The notes below the pieces were generated by a model. That model was not told where the DNA came from. It worked only from the letters and a program-made list of their open reading frames with translations, and searched no databases. Positions 60,981 to 64,000 of a stretch of DNA of 64,000 bases are shown one piece after another; position 1 is the first letter of the stretch; each line of letters starts with the position of its first letter. The DNA is taken from the NCBI GenBank assembly GCA_964016885.1, contig OZ024742.1:289850001-289914000 (forward strand). The letters are read 5' to 3'. A program made the position numbers and the translations under genes. The DNA comes from Eledone cirrhosa (taxonomy: Eukaryota).

Positions 60981-61885
60981 ATGGAACTAGCAGTTTTGAT
61001 CAAGGGGTGGACTATGGCTGATGGGTCTCCACCAAGCAAAAAGATGGCGGAGAACCTGAAGAGCCATGGGTTTCTGAGGACCCTGGTACAGATAGAGAGA
61101 AAGAGAAAAGAAATTGAGAAGGCGTATGTCCTCATAGCGCCTCATATGGCGATGCTAAGCCGTGTCCTCAGGGAGGAGAAAACCGAAGGGAGGGATGAGG
61201 AGAAGGAGAGGGAAAGGGAAGAGGAAAAAAAAAAGAAAAGGAAAAAGAAAAGGAGGAGAGCACAAGCACGGACCTGAAAGAAAATGATATACCCTCCGCT
61301 ACAGGCAGGGAGGGCAGGCCGGGCAACCAACAAGCTAAGGGCAAAGGTGAAAAGCGAAATCACCTTCCGAAGGAGAACCAAGCGCAGAGGGACCAGTGGA
61401 CAACTGTTCAAAGAAAGAACAGAAAGCACCGAGACACTGGGAGCAAAAAACCCCATGTAATGTGCAAGTTTTTCAAGAACGGGACATGCTGGCATGGAGA
61501 GACAGGGATGGGATGCAGATTCGCCCACCCTAAGTCTCAAACGAACTATGCCCATCATACTCGCGCAACATGCCCCAGCCTAAGCCGAAATAAGCCGCTC
61601 CAGAAGTATGCTGATGTCGCGCGTGCTGCACCAACAAGGAGAAGGCACGCACATGCCGACGAGATACAGATGGCAGCAGCAGATCAGAAAAATTTTTTAG
61701 CGATGGCAGAGAAGATTGTGGGACAGCTGACCTGGCTGCATCATCTCCAGAGCCAGGGTCATCCACACCAGCACTCGAGACCACCGCAGTTAAGGGACCC
61801 AGAGTGGCCGCCGCTGACACCAGACCAGGTGTCATACCGACAGCCATTACTGGCACCCCCAAAGTCACACCAGTGCTGCTGCTGA
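60981..61885 (+). CDS. ORF1 of CR1-group LINE 2 with CCCH finger; frame break in A-run 61225-61234
   Basis: ORF 60981-61277 continues in the frame of 61460-61885 (WTTVQRK, CKFFKNGTCWHGETGMGCRFAH); preceded by CT-rich leader 60521-60920. Confidence 0.7.
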
Positions 61886-64000
61886 ATGTCAGGGGCCTGG
61901 TGAAACTCAGCAACATGAGTAAAATTTCCTACCTGGGAGACTTAGCCATAAGCAATCAAGCACTATGCATCGCACTAACCGAAACGCACCTGACAAGCAG
62001 TATAGCAGATGCAGAAATACATATACCGAAATATACTGTATTTCGTTCGGACAGGAAGGAGAGAACTCATGGTGGGGTTGCTCTGTATATCCGTGAAGAT
62101 GTCACACCAATTGTACTGTTGACACATTCAAACTCAGTCTGTGACACACTGATAATACATATGAAGCAACTACAGACGGTAATATGTGTCACATATCGGC
62201 CGCCCGATGCCCCCAGTCATGAGGGTAAATTTGAGGATAGCCTAAGTAGGATAGAAGAGGTCCTTGACAAACTGGACCAGGGTCTCAACATCCTACTGCT
62301 GGGAGACTTCAACCTACCAAAGGTCAAATGGCCTGAGGGCCACCTCCTCCCTGGAATGACGTCAATAGAACAGAGACAGACGGAATCCCTGCTGGCCCTC
62401 ACACACAGGCTGTTCATGGAGCAAGCAATACTCCTCCCAACAAGAGGCGAAAATGTCCTGGACCTCTGTTTTACAAACAACGAAGTGCTCATCCACAATG
62501 TAAAGGTGACACCAACAATTCTCTCGGATCATAACTTGGTAGAGCTAATGATATGTTGTCCAAGAGAACCAACAGAGACAAAACCACCAAGAAGCTCCGG
62601 GACGCTATCCAGCCTTAACTTCTACGGGGCTGACTGGAAGAAGATTAAGAGTGAAATCCGGAAGCAAACATGGAGTGCAAACATCGCCACACAAGACACT
62701 AACACACAATTTCAACACTTCATGACAACGATACACACCATATGCAAAAAGTGTGTCCCGGAGAAAGAGGCAAACAGACACAAAAATCTTATTCCCAGAG
62801 ATAGGAAAATCCTTATGAGACGTAGAACTAAACTCTCAAACCAGTTGAATAGTCAACAAAACCAAAACAAGAGGAAATCCTATTTGAAACGTGCACTACT
62901 TGACACCGAGATTGCACTCAAGCTTTCACATGAGAATGAGAGGGCAAGGAAAGAGAACAGGGCCATAGAAAACATTAAAACAAACCCTAAGGCCTTCTTT
63001 AAATTTGCAAAAGAAACTGCCTCAGTACACTGCAAGATTGGACCACTCTTCCACACGGACGGTTCATTAACCGAAAATCCCCAAGAGATATGTGAAATAC
63101 TGAACGAACAGTACAAAAGTGTCTTCACATGTCCACTGAGGCACATGCAAATAACGAAGCCAGAGGAGTTCTTTGATGCCACAACACTACATCAAGAAAT
63201 GGCAACCATCAACCACATAGACATAACGGAGGAGGATGTGGTGTACGCCATTGATGAAATTAGAACAGACTCGGCTGCTGGACCTGATGGATTCCCAGCA
63301 GTTCTCCTAAAAATATGTAAGCGGGCCTTAGCAACTCCACTGAAGATGCTCTTCAGAAGCTCCTTGGCTAGCGGTGTACTACCCAGGGAGCTGAAAGAAG
63401 GCACAATATGCCCTATCCATAAAGGAGGTAGTAGAGCGGAGGCCAAGAACTATAGGCCAGTCTCCCTGACGTCGCATATCAGTAAGGTCATGGAGCGAGT
63501 CGTCAGAAAGAAACTAATCACTTTCCTCGAAGAAAATGACCGCCTGACTAGCACGCAACATGGCTTCCGCCCAGGAAGAAGCTGCCTTACACAGCTGCTA
63601 CATCACTACGACTGGGTGCTGAGACAACTACTAGACAGCTCACATGTAGACGTGATATATCTTGACTTTGCGAAGGCCTTTGACAAGGTCGACCACGGAA
63701 TGATATGTCACAAACTACACGGACTCGGCATAACTGGAAAAGTAGGTGAGTGGCTGCATGGCTTCCTAAGGGACAGAAGCCAGGCAGTCGCAGCAAATGG
63801 GGCCCTCTCGAGGGAAACACCGATAACAAGTGGGGTGCCTCAGGGGACAGTCCTGGGACCACTACTGTTTTTGGTGGCTCTCTCGGACATGCCTTCTGTG
63901 GTGCATGCAACAACATCCCTCACTAGCTATGCTGATGACACTAAGGTAGCACAGGCAATCAAAAACCAGGCTGACGCTGCCCTCTTACAGCAGGATCTGG
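61693..64000 (+). CDS. ORF2 (AP endonuclease plus RT) of CR1-group LINE 2, runs off window end
   Basis: Manual translation: [51 protein letters not shown]; absent from ORF track because no stop in window. Confidence 0.92.

Noticed and set aside
61225-61234. Frame break in ORF1 as programmed recoding
   Set aside because: Lies in an A homopolymer; indel or sequencing error is the simpler explanation

Overview
AT-rich eukaryotic (animal) intergenic or intronic DNA made almost entirely of nested retroelements and microsatellites. The tRNA-head/CORE SINEs with RTE-type (GAT)n tails and the huge (TA)n fields suggest a cephalopod such as Octopus (inference, not verified). No confident host gene was found. 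Contents: (1) an apparently intact Ty3/gypsy LTR retrotransposon of CsRn1 type (1-5236; CHCC gag, G_GGA_AAC -1 frameshift, tRNA-Trp PBS remnant, 3' LTR); (2) about 13 copies or fragments of at least three RTE-clade LINE families with a PHD-like finger, plus SINEs sharing their tail; (3) two divergent CR1-group LINEs with CCCH-finger ORF1, both with an AUG-less ORF2 in the -1 frame behind the same U_UUU_UUA heptamer; (4) Tx1/L1-like remnants, two embedded in (GATA)n; (5) two Penelope-like GIY-YIG remnants and many short fold-back units carrying minimal type I hammerhead ribozyme motifs from several unrelated families. The most notable observations are the hammerhead/fold-back units, the shared putative -1 frameshift in non-LTR elements, and the concentration of insertions in (TA)n. 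All coordinates were read by eye; element boundaries are approximate.
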